Source of the DNA: an uncultured Cellvibrionaceae bacterium
GTDB lineage: Bacteria; Pseudomonadota; Gammaproteobacteria; Pseudomonadales; Cellvibrionaceae
Direction: 5' to 3'
Assembly: GCA_964499225.1 (NCBI GenBank)
Contig: CAZCJR010000003.1
Coordinates: 42,340-106,339, forward strand
Length of the DNA: 64,000 bases
Both the position numbers and the translations under genes were made by a program. The notes below the pieces were generated by a model that was given only the letters and a program-made list of their open reading frames with translations, made no database searches and was not told the DNA's origin. Positions 30,567-38,884 of the stretch are shown one piece after another (position 1 is the stretch's first letter; each line of letters opens with the position of its first letter).

Positions 30567-31835
30567 ATGAAAAAATTAATTATGATGATGACACTAATGA
30601 TGTGTTTTGTAGGAATGTCTTATGGTCAATGTGTATCAAATGCTGGAACAGATGATACGTTAAATTGTTCAACTTCATCAGTAGTTTTAGATGGTTCTGG
30701 TTCTTCATCTGGAATGAATTATTTGTGGACAACTACAACAGGAAATATAGTTGCAGGGAATACTACTATATTTGCTTTGGTGAATGCTCCTGGTGTATAC
30801 ACATTAACTGTTACAAACACCACTAATGGTTGTGTAAATTCTGATGATGTGTTAGTTTCAATAGATACAATCAAACCAATTGCTAATGCTGGTTTAGATA
30901 TGATAAGAAATTGCTATAATCCAACAATTATTTTGGATGGCACAAGTTCTTCTTTAGGTTCAAATATTACTTATTTGTGGTCAGGTTCTTCTATTACAAA
31001 TGGAAATACTGCTACGACAACTATTAGTGGCACAGGAAATTATATATTAACAGTTACTAATACTACTAATGGCTGTACAAGTACAGATGTATCGGTTGTA
31101 ACATCAAACTTTACACAACCAGGGGCAAATGCAGGAGGTTTAGATACTATATGTTCAGGAAATAGTTTAGTTTTAAATGGAACAACTACCACTGGTGATG
31201 TTTATGTTTGGACAACTTCTACCGGAAACATTGTATCTGGAGGCTCAACTTTAACACCAACAATTAATACAGGAGGAACATACACATTAACTACCACTAA
31301 TACCACAAGTGGTTGTACTAATTCTTCAAATGTATTTATTCATGAAACTTTTGTTTCTGCAATAATTGTAGCCGATCCTATATCAGGTCAAGTTCCATTA
31401 ACCGTTAATTTTATGATTAATGGAATTGCAGATAGTTCGTATTGGAATTTTGCAAATGGTCAAATTTTTGGAGATACCAGTAATTTAAGTATTCCTTCTC
31501 CAGTTATTTATGAAACCCAAGGAACATATGTTGTAAGCTTAACTTCGACTAATGGACAGTGTTCTGCAACAACTCAAATTACTATAAATTGTGTAGATTC
31601 TACTATTAGTATCAACGAATATAAATTCGATAATTATAATATTTATTTAAAAAATAATAAAATAGTTATTAAATTAAATGATAATGAAAAACACGATATT
31701 ATTATTTATAATATTTTTGGACATACTATACTAAATAGTATATTTTTTGATAATGTTGAATATGATTTTAATGTTAAAAATGGTTTATATATTATTATGA
31801 TAGATGAAACCATACCATATAAAATAATAAAATAA
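30567..31835 (+). CDS. Secreted PKD/Ig-like repeat protein with T9SS C-terminal sorting domain
   Basis: Signal peptide; ANAG.D...L.G..S repeats, Y.WTT..GNI and GxYTLTVTN..NGC; CTD IIIYNIFG...GLYIIMI...KIIK. Confidence 0.8.
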   Translation: MKKLIMMMTLMMCFVGMSYGQCVSNAGTDDTLNCSTSSVVLDGSGSSSGMNYLWTTTTGNIVAGNTTIFALVNAPGVYTLTVTNTTNGCVNSDDVLVSIDTIKPIANAGLDMIRNCYNPTIILDGTSSSLGSNITYLWSGSSITNGNTATTTISGTGNYILTVTNTTNGCTSTDVSVVTSNFTQPGANAGGLDTICSGNSLVLNGTTTTGDVYVWTTSTGNIVSGGSTLTPTINTGGTYTLTTTNTTSGCTNSSNVFIHETFVSAIIVADPISGQVPLTVNFMINGIADSSYWNFANGQIFGDTSNLSIPSPVIYETQGTYVVSLTSTNGQCSATTQITINCVDSTISINEYKFDNYNIYLKNNKIVIKLNDNEKHDIIIYNIFGHTILNSIFFDNVEYDFNVKNGLYIIMIDETIPYKIIK

Positions 31836-31845
31836 AATAGAATAA

Positions 31846-31995
31846 ATGGAAAACTTGGGTGTGTCATTTTATTATGAACTTGTTCATGATGATATGTATA
31901 AAAGTGTTTGGATTCAAGATGAATTGTATAATGAAGAAATGATAAGAAGAAAACAAAAAATTAGAGAAAAGAAATTAAAAAATATAATATTATGA
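31846..31995 (+). CDS. 49-aa hypothetical protein with C-terminal motif (not in ORF track)
   Basis: ends IREKKLKNIIL*; TGA overlaps the next ATG. Confidence 0.65.
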   Translation: MENLGVSFYYELVHDDMYKSVWIQDELYNEEMIRRKQKIREKKLKNIIL

Positions 31996-32459
31996 TATTA
32001 ACCTATGTATTTGCGTGTTTATTTGTTGCAGGATTAATTTTATCTGCATATTTATACATTATATTGAAAAAGACAAAAAGTGTTGTAGAAGTCTTAAAAA
32101 ATAGTATAAATGTTTTAAAAAATTCAATAGAAGTAGAATTAATAAAATTAAATCATAGAGAAGGTTTTTATGATGGTAGTTTTAATTTGGTTTCTGCTAA
32201 AGACGAACATCACACATACAATTATAGGCTTTATGTTTATGAAATGGAAAAATATAAAAATGGATATTCAAAATTAAAAATTCTGAAAATTGATATTGTT
32301 CGAGGTTTTGATAATAAACAATACGAATATATCAAAAAACTTGCTACTGAAAATTTCTTAGAGATACAAGAAACAAAGAATATAACATTTTTAGATAGGG
32401 ATATAGATATCACACAACTTAGAAAAGATAAATTAGAAAGAATACTTAAAGAAGAATAA
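31992..32459 (+). CDS. Membrane-anchored hypothetical protein with C-terminal motif
   Basis: N-terminal TM; ends LRKDKLERILKEE*. Confidence 0.75.
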   Translation: MILTYVFACLFVAGLILSAYLYIILKKTKSVVEVLKNSINVLKNSIEVELIKLNHREGFYDGSFNLVSAKDEHHTYNYRLYVYEMEKYKNGYSKLKILKIDIVRGFDNKQYEYIKKLATENFLEIQETKNITFLDRDIDITQLRKDKLERILKEE

Positions 32460-32460
32460 A

Positions 32461-33009
32461 ATGGGATTAGATATAGGTTATGGTGTTATAAAACAGATTG
32501 ATAAAAAAGAAGATATAGATGTTCATTATGAAAATGGTGATTTTGTTATATTGAATAATAGTGGCTTTATATATCAGTTGGGTTCATTGAAACAAAATAG
32601 TGTATATGAATATTGTGGTAATGGAAGTTTTCGAGCTGGATCATATAGTGGTTATAATTCATTTAGAAAAGAATTGTTGGCTTTAGTATCAAGTGAAAAT
32701 ATAGAAGATTATTGGAAAAATAATTCAACATTTATAGAATATAGATATATTGATATGAATAGAGAAAAAAAATTAAATAATATCTTAGAAAATGGTAATT
32801 CGAAAATAAAAATAACACCATTTTTAGAACTTATTTATTTTTCAGATTGTGAAGGATTAATTGGACCAGAAATATGTGAAAAATTATATAAAGATTTCAT
32901 AAAATATAATGATGTTGCAAAAGAAAAATTGAGTGAATGGCATTATGAATTATATTGTGAATTTATGAAATCGACAAGTATTACAGGTTGTGTTCTTCAT
33001 TTTCATTAA
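32461..33009 (+). CDS. Hypothetical protein with internal RxxKLxxIL motif
   Basis: internal NREKKLNNILE; FRAGSYSGYN and FSDCEG. Confidence 0.7.
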   Translation: MGLDIGYGVIKQIDKKEDIDVHYENGDFVILNNSGFIYQLGSLKQNSVYEYCGNGSFRAGSYSGYNSFRKELLALVSSENIEDYWKNNSTFIEYRYIDMNREKKLNNILENGNSKIKITPFLELIYFSDCEGLIGPEICEKLYKDFIKYNDVAKEKLSEWHYELYCEFMKSTSITGCVLHFH

Positions 33010-33067
33010 TAAAAATATTGTATTAGACTACATAAAAACAAATATATAATAAAAAATAATTTTATAT

Positions 33068-33658
33068 ATGAGTGATGAAACAGTAAAAATAAATATTGCG
33101 ATACTTACTTCGGGTGAAGATCACAATACAGAAAATTTAATACAATATTTTGAACCTTTTTTAGACGCTGATATATCTTGTATTATTTCGAATAATGATA
33201 TATCAAATAATTATAGAAGATATAAAATACCAAAATACATAACTGAATGGTATATTGAGATTGATCAAATTCTAACCAAACATAATATACATTATGTTGT
33301 ATTGTGTGGATATTCAGATAAAATACCAGTTAATTTCTGTAATAAGTACAAATGGAAGATGGTAAACATACAATCTTGTTTACCAAAACATATTGGTGTA
33401 AGTTTAAATTCAGATGATATTCATAAATCGGTTATTAGAAGTGGTGATGAAGAAAGTGGTATAACAATACATTTTGTTGAGAGTGAATATAATAATAGTT
33501 CAATAATATTTCAAAAAACTATAAAGGTTGGTAATGATACTTGGGAAGAATTGAAATCCAGAATTAATGATTTAGAACATAAGTTTTATCCAACAGTCGT
33601 AGAAAAATTAATAAAAGGTACGTATTCGTATCTATATAACGAAAATGGAACGAATTAA
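33068..33658 (+). CDS. PurN/formyltransferase-fold protein, catalytically degenerate
   Basis: IAILTSG, VVLCGY, NIQSCLPK (NIHPSLLP in PurN), SGITIHFV and IIFQ. Confidence 0.75.
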   Translation: MSDETVKINIAILTSGEDHNTENLIQYFEPFLDADISCIISNNDISNNYRRYKIPKYITEWYIEIDQILTKHNIHYVVLCGYSDKIPVNFCNKYKWKMVNIQSCLPKHIGVSLNSDDIHKSVIRSGDEESGITIHFVESEYNNSSIIFQKTIKVGNDTWEELKSRINDLEHKFYPTVVEKLIKGTYSYLYNENGTN

Positions 33659-34013
33659 AAATATAAAAGAATTATCCATTCATTTAGAAAAAAATGGATA
33701 TAAAGAAGAAGATATAAATGATTTTGTTGAATTGGTAAAGCCGTTTTATGAATTTTATGATTATATGTCAGAAACATATAAAATGGATTATGATCAAGTA
33801 GAAGAAGATTCATCAAAATATTCAGAATCTATATTCAATGAATATTTAGAAGATATGTCTACTTCTGAATCACCAATGAAATTTATGATGGAGATAAGTG
33901 GTAATATAATGGAAAGATATGCTAAAAAATATGAGTATGTCGATTCTGAAAAAGTTAAAATAGCTTTGAATACATATACTGAAATATTAATTAAATCAAC
34001 ATTAGGTAAATAA
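33645..34013 (+). CDS. Acidic hypothetical protein
   Basis: 122-aa ORF overlapping the upstream stop. Confidence 0.65.
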   Translation: MERIKNIKELSIHLEKNGYKEEDINDFVELVKPFYEFYDYMSETYKMDYDQVEEDSSKYSESIFNEYLEDMSTSESPMKFMMEISGNIMERYAKKYEYVDSEKVKIALNTYTEILIKSTLGK

Positions 34014-34016
34014 ATT

Positions 34017-34313
34017 ATGGAAAAAATAAAGGCAATATTAAACAAGATTAAACCAGTTATTAATAAAACATTATCGATAATTATATTGGTGACATCTATG
34101 ACAATATCTTTTTTAATAGGGACTAAATATGAAAGTATAGTGAATGTTAAAAAGAACATCGTTAAAATCAAAAAGGAACAGGTTAATATAGCTGTTGATG
34201 AGAATAATCATTTGATTATTATTGATAATAAAACAGGTGATTATATCATATATCAAGATTCAATAGGTCAGACAATATTTAAGTTATATGCTAAAAATAT
34301 TTGGGTAAAATGA
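34017..34313 (+). CDS. Single-pass membrane protein
   Basis: TM LSIIILVTSMTISFLIG. Confidence 0.7.
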   Translation: MEKIKAILNKIKPVINKTLSIIILVTSMTISFLIGTKYESIVNVKKNIVKIKKEQVNIAVDENNHLIIIDNKTGDYIIYQDSIGQTIFKLYAKNIWVK

Positions 34314-34840
34314 ATAATGTTGTATCGTATTTCATATTAATATTATCATTTTTGACATTATATTTATGTTTGGTTGATAATAGGGCTAATGTAGTAGGTG
34401 ATTTGGATATGTCAAATGGTTCAGTAAATACAACAAAGTCTATACGTACATATGAGTTGATAGAGAGTTATTCAAATAAATATAAAATACCAAAATATAT
34501 AGCTTATAATATTGCATACAAAGAAACAAGATATAAAGGTCCATTTCATAAAGATTATGATCCGGAACAAACATCAAATATGGGTGCTGTTGGACCAATG
34601 CAAGTTATGATCGAAACCGCTAATGGAATAAATAATGGTAAGGTTAGTCGAGAAGAATTAAGAACCAATTTGTCTATTAATATAGAAACAAGTATGAAAT
34701 TATTGAACAGATTATATAAGAAGTATGGTCGTTGGGATATAGTTTGTGGTTGTTATAATACTGGTAGACCAATGATAAATGAATATGCTGTATTTTGTTC
34801 AACAAATAAAGATTATAAAAATAATTGGGATGTTAATTAA
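34310..34840 (+). CDS. Lytic transglycosylase (SLT domain) with N-terminal TM/SAR
   Basis: IAYKETRY (catalytic E), GAVGPMQVM and YNTG; hydrophobic N-terminus. Confidence 0.85.
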   Translation: MNNVVSYFILILSFLTLYLCLVDNRANVVGDLDMSNGSVNTTKSIRTYELIESYSNKYKIPKYIAYNIAYKETRYKGPFHKDYDPEQTSNMGAVGPMQVMIETANGINNGKVSREELRTNLSINIETSMKLLNRLYKKYGRWDIVCGCYNTGRPMINEYAVFCSTNKDYKNNWDVN

Positions 34841-34856
34841 TAAAAAATAAAAAATT

Positions 34857-35306
34857 ATGAATATAGGTAGTGGTTCAAAATATCCTGCAAACGCATTAAG
34901 TAATTTTTCACCACACACTTTTGTTTTAGATGGTGTTGTGTGTAATAGTTTTGAAGGCTTCATTCAGAGTGTCAAATTTAAATCACCTGAAATGCAGGTT
35001 GCTGTGTGCGCTCTTGTTGGTAAAGCTGCAAAATTTAAAGGTAAAGGTAAAAAATGGTTTAGAACACAAATACTTTACTGGAGAGGTGTTGAAATTGAAA
35101 GAGAATCTGATGAATATCAAGAGTTGTTAGATAGAGCTTATAATGCTATGTATGAACAATCTCAATCATTTAGAAAGGCTTTGGCTGCATCAGTTGGTGC
35201 GACATTGACTCACACTATGGGTAAAAATAAAAAAAGTGAAACTGTTTTAACAACACAAGAATTTTGTTCAAGACTAACGATATTGCGAGATTATGGTAAA
35301 TTATAA
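34857..35306 (+). CDS. T4 gp30.3-like NADAR-family protein
   Basis: ALSNFSPHTFVLDG...EGFIQSVKF, LYWRG and LTHTMG match gp30.3. Confidence 0.85.
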   Translation: MNIGSGSKYPANALSNFSPHTFVLDGVVCNSFEGFIQSVKFKSPEMQVAVCALVGKAAKFKGKGKKWFRTQILYWRGVEIERESDEYQELLDRAYNAMYEQSQSFRKALAASVGATLTHTMGKNKKSETVLTTQEFCSRLTILRDYGKL

Positions 35307-35349
35307 ATAATTGAGGCAACCTTTTTAATAATAAATATGTCTTATTAAT

Positions 35350-35433
35350 ATGGATAAGAAAGATAAAAAATTTTTGATAGGTATGGGAACAATAATATTG
35401 ATAATATTATTGGCTATATTTTTAACAATGTAA
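35350..35433 (+). CDS. 27-aa single-TM micropeptide (not in ORF track)
   Basis: MDKKDKKFLIGMGTIILIILLAIFLTM*. Confidence 0.5.
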   Translation: MDKKDKKFLIGMGTIILIILLAIFLTM

Positions 35434-35438
35434 AAAAT

Positions 35439-35633
35439 ATGCAAGATATTAAAAAGATATTTGATTTAGTTGAATTGAAAAAATTGAAAAACGATGCGGC
35501 AATTAATCAAAAATATGAATTAGCTGCGATTTTAAGAGATCATGAAAGATTTTTGGAATCTGAAAAAGGTTTAGAATTTATTAATAATTGTAAAAGAGAA
35601 ATTAGAGAGAAAAAATTAAAAAGACTTTTTTAA
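35439..35633 (+). CDS. UVR-domain microprotein with C-terminal motif
   Basis: AAINQKYELAAILRD; ends IREKKLKRLF*. Confidence 0.75.
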   Translation: MQDIKKIFDLVELKKLKNDAAINQKYELAAILRDHERFLESEKGLEFINNCKREIREKKLKRLF

Positions 35634-36124
35634 CCATATTTTTTTAATATTTTTTTAATTAATTTTTCATCTTCAATTTTTAGTGTATCGATAATTAATA
35701 TTGTATTATATATTGTATCGTTGATTATTATTTTGTTGTGTTCTGGTTCTTCATATTTTTCAATTTTAGAAGAAACTATAATATCTTCTGAATCGTCATC
35801 TTCTACAGATGCAGGAGTTCTTACAGGAGTTCTTGAAGACTTTGATCTATTTAATGTTTTGATATTTTTGATGTCTGATATGAGTGAATTTATTGTTTTG
35901 TTGTTTTCTAAATTTTTATTTTCTAATATGTCAGCGTCTTCAACCGTTGATTGTATTTGATAACTTAATGAATCAATCATTTCAATCTGATTTTTATTAT
36001 TATTCTTGAAATTATTGAATTCGTATGATTTATATGAATTATATAATTTATCACCTATGAAAATAGATAATACTATAATTATTATTGATATAATTAAAAT
36101 TTTTTCTATTTTTACTATATTCAT
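35630..36124 (-). CDS. Membrane-anchored coiled-coil protein (spanin-like candidate)
   Basis: N-terminal TM followed by a coiled coil. Confidence 0.55.
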   Translation of the reverse strand: MNIVKIEKILIISIIIIVLSIFIGDKLYNSYKSYEFNNFKNNNKNQIEMIDSLSYQIQSTVEDADILENKNLENNKTINSLISDIKNIKTLNRSKSSRTPVRTPASVEDDDSEDIIVSSKIEKYEEPEHNKIIINDTIYNTILIIDTLKIEDEKLIKKILKKYG

Positions 36125-36348
36125 TTTTTACTTAAGTCAGCTATTTTTATACTCAATGTTGTTATATCATCTTGTAATTTTTCAATTTTAATATCTTTTG
36201 TTGTATTTTGTTCCATTAGATATTTAATTTGATCAGCTTGTGTTACTTTATTATCAACATATAAATATATAATGGCTATTAAAGCTAAATATAATATAGC
36301 TTTCGTTGGGTCTTTTGAAAATTGTTTGAATGAAACAGGTAATTCCAT
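36121..36348 (-). CDS. Small TM + coiled-coil protein (holin-like candidate)
   Basis: Probable start 36348 MELPVSFKQFSKDP..ILYLALIAIIYLYVD; TTATATATA 20 nt upstream. Confidence 0.5.
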   Translation of the reverse strand: MELPVSFKQFSKDPTKAILYLALIAIIYLYVDNKVTQADQIKYLMEQNTTKDIKIEKLQDDITTLSIKIADLSKK

Positions 36349-36414
36349 AAAATATTTTATTTTAATTTTATATATAAAAATTGAAATATAGAAAATAATT
36401 ATTATCTTTACAAA

Positions 36415-36552
36415 ATGAAAGTACATAGAAAAGAAAAAATTGATTCTGCTGAGTTCGGTAGATTGAAAGAAATACGATACAATTATCATAAATTTTTATA
36501 TGGTAAATTTAAAAGACGAATTAGAATAAAAAGATTAAAAAATATTAAATAA
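36415..36552 (+). CDS. 45-aa basic hypothetical protein (not in ORF track)
   Basis: ends RIRIKRLKNIK* (motif variant). Confidence 0.5.
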   Translation: MKVHRKEKIDSAEFGRLKEIRYNYHKFLYGKFKRRIRIKRLKNIK

Positions 36553-36602
36553 ACTTTTTTAGACAAATAAAATATAATATATAAATACAAATAAACATTA
36601 AG

Positions 36603-36665
36603 ATGTTATAGATTAATACATACATAAATTACAACAGAAGTCATTGCGGCTTGTACTATACTTGA
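36603..36665 (+). promoter_or_regulatory. Leader ORF with amber codon at position 3 (ML*INTYINYNRSHCGLYYT*)
   Basis: ATG TTA TAG ATT...TGA; overlaps the 5' arm of the hairpin; TAATATATA at 36575-36583. Confidence 0.6.
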
Positions 36666-36695
36666 AAGAGTTGTGCAAGGTGCAATGGCTTTTTT
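36638..36695 (+). terminator. Long GAAA-capped hairpin with U-tract (attenuator-like)
   Basis: aagtcattgc/gcaatggctt, cttgtac/gtgcaag and actt-GAAA-gagt stems with G-U pairs, then 6 T; GC-rich against background. Confidence 0.75.
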
Positions 36696-36735
36696 GCGTT
36701 ATATAAAAAATTAAAAACAAATAAATAAAAATAAG

Positions 36736-37092
36736 ATGAAAATAGAAGTAGAATTAGAAGAAAGATATAAATTAACATTTGAAAATAGTAGTATGTGTAT
36801 GGGACAGTATTATGCAGAAGATGACTGGAGTATTATTGTTTATGGTAGAAGTATTATAGATGATGTATTAGAAATGAAATATCATTATAGATATAGTGAT
36901 TTACAGTATAATGGTGGTGATATAGAAAAAGTAGATGTGATATTATATGATGGTAATATTATTGAAATTCCAAATACGGAAAAAGAATATAAAGAATACA
37001 CAATGTATCAAATATATGAAATGACTTTTAAATCAACAGAAGAATTGAAACAATTATTGAGAGAAGAAAAATTAAATAGAATATTATCATGA
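36736..37092 (+). CDS. Hypothetical protein with C-terminal motif
   Basis: ends LREEKLNRILS*. Confidence 0.75.
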   Translation: MKIEVELEERYKLTFENSSMCMGQYYAEDDWSIIVYGRSIIDDVLEMKYHYRYSDLQYNGGDIEKVDVILYDGNIIEIPNTEKEYKEYTMYQIYEMTFKSTEELKQLLREEKLNRILS

Positions 37093-37304
37093 GTTGGAAA
37101 TGTAGTGTATGTTTTTATAGAGAATCCGGTATGTGTTATAATGATAAATTTGCTATAATAGAAGAAATACCATTGAATAGAAAAGGAGAAAAACTGGAAA
37201 CGGCTATAATAAAATGTGAAAATTATAGCAATAATATTAAAAATAAGAGATTATTAAAATTAAGAGAAGAAAAATTAAATAGAATATTAAAAAAAATAAA
37301 TTAA
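37089..37304 (+). CDS. Cys-rich hypothetical protein with C-terminal motif
   Basis: CSVC...C...C; ends LREEKLNRILKKIN*. Confidence 0.75.
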   Translation: MSWKCSVCFYRESGMCYNDKFAIIEEIPLNRKGEKLETAIIKCENYSNNIKNKRLLKLREEKLNRILKKIN

Positions 37305-37310
37305 GAAAAC

Positions 37311-37685
37311 ATGAATTAGATTAAAAAATTAAGAGTGGTTACACATCGTAACTTAGACTTTGGTCAACAAGCCGTTCAATTAGGACATGCTGGTATTACA
37401 TTTCAACATGAACATCCGGAAATTTCAAAAGATTGGTACACAAATTCCAATTATTTGATATTTTTATCAGTTGAAAATGAAATAGAATTATCAAAATTGA
37501 TTCAGAAATGTAAAGATAAAAATTTAGAACATACAGTATTTATCGAACCGGATTTAAACGATTCAATTACGGCAGTTGCTATTGGACCATCTAATGTCGC
37601 TAGAAAAATTACAGGTCATTTACCAAAAGCGTTTAAAGAGATAAAAATAAATCAAAATTATGAAATCGAAAATAACATTAAGTAA
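37311..37685 (+). CDS. Pth2-like peptidyl-tRNA hydrolase with in-frame TAG at codon 3
   Basis: ATG AAT TAG ATT AAA AAA TTA AGA GTG GTT ACA CAT CGT; GQQAVQLGHA, LIFLSV and FIEPDL...TAVAIGP. Confidence 0.8.
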
Positions 37686-38001
37686 TTTGGAAGACAAATC
37701 AAATAAAAAATTGATGAGTATGATAAATAAGAATAATATCAGAATCAGTAGATTAGAAGATATTATTAAATTTTCAAATGATTTTGATATTGAATTGTGT
37801 GAAGTTCAAAGAAATATGATTAATGATAAAATAAAATTTTATACTGAACAGGTTTATAAAATAACATATTTTATGATATGGAAAAATTATAAAGTTAAAG
37901 ATGAAAATTTTATTTGTTTTTGGGATATTAAAAAAGAAGAAGTTGAAAGATTAAGACAAAAATATAGTAGAGTAAATAAATTTAAAAGAATATTAAAATG
38001 A
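37660..38001 (+). CDS. Hypothetical protein with C-terminal motif
   Basis: ends SRVNKFKRILK*. Confidence 0.7.
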   Translation: MKSKITLSNLEDKSNKKLMSMINKNNIRISRLEDIIKFSNDFDIELCEVQRNMINDKIKFYTEQVYKITYFMIWKNYKVKDENFICFWDIKKEEVERLRQKYSRVNKFKRILK

Positions 38002-38199
38002 AAGAATTAGCAAAAGATATATGTGATAGTATTTCACACAACCTTTATAAACATGAAGATTATTATGATTACACTCAAGGAATGAGACGTTTTAATGATG
38101 ATGAAGAAAAAGAAATTCAAGAACTATATTTTAGAAAAATATGAAAATAGAAAAAGAGAAAATAAATTAAAAAGAATATTAAAGGAGGAAAAATTATGA
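37998..38199 (+). pseudogene. Frameshifted small gene; motif-bearing C-terminus lies in another frame
   Basis: Frame 0 stops at 38144; removing one A near 38113 gives ...DEEKEFKNYILEKYENRKRENKLKRILKEEKL*. Confidence 0.55.
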
Positions 38200-38480
38200 G
38201 TGTAGTAAAACAAAACGAAGTATATGTGACATATGGTAGATTTACAGATAATTCTACTTGTCAAGAGTGTAAAAAACCGGATAAATATTTAGTATTATCT
38301 GGTGGTGGTCAATTATCAAATTTGGAAGGAAATTGTTGTGATGATCATTTGAATTATTTTATAGAAGAAGGTAAAAAAACTTTATTGAAATATAAAAGAA
38401 CAGATATTAAAGTAAAATATCACAAAATAATACTTAGAGAAAATAAATTAAAAAGAATATTAAAGGAGGAAAAATTATGA
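38155..38480 (+). repeat. Perfect 45-bp direct repeat (38155-38199, 38436-38480) flanking one gene
   Basis: agagaaaataaattaaaaagaatattaaaggaggaaaaattatga occurs twice. Confidence 0.95.
38196..38480 (+). CDS. Hypothetical Cys-containing protein with C-terminal motif
   Basis: CQEC...CCDDH; ends LRENKLKRILKEEKL*; AAGGAGG 7 nt upstream. Confidence 0.8.
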   Translation: MSVVKQNEVYVTYGRFTDNSTCQECKKPDKYLVLSGGGQLSNLEGNCCDDHLNYFIEEGKKTLLKYKRTDIKVKYHKIILRENKLKRILKEEKL

Positions 38481-38884
38481 AATTAACAGAAAAAAATTTA
38501 AAAGATTATTTAAAAACAAAAGAAGAAATGGATTATTTGATACATGAACGAATAACGGAGATAACAAAAAAATTAATTGAATATGGTGCATATAGTTTTA
38601 TGAAAAATTGGAGTGTAGATAATATAGAATATGATGAAGACAATGTTTTAGTTACAATATATGAATCATGGGCTTATGGTGGCTACGATTCTTCAAATAT
38701 ATCTTTACCACAAAGTTATTTATATGATGATAATTATGAAGAAAAAATTAAATTAGATTGTGAAAATAGAAAAAAGTTAAAAGAAGAAAATGATATATTG
38801 AATAAAGCGAAGAAAGAAAAAGAAAAAGAAGAAAAGGAAAAAGCTGAATTCATCAGATTAAACCAAAAATTTGGTAAAAAATAA
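38477..38884 (+). CDS. Hypothetical protein
   Basis: 135-aa ORF; AAGGAGG 7 nt upstream. Confidence 0.75.
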   Translation: MKLTEKNLKDYLKTKEEMDYLIHERITEITKKLIEYGAYSFMKNWSVDNIEYDEDNVLVTIYESWAYGGYDSSNISLPQSYLYDDNYEEKIKLDCENRKKLKEENDILNKAKKEKEKEEKEKAEFIRLNQKFGKK

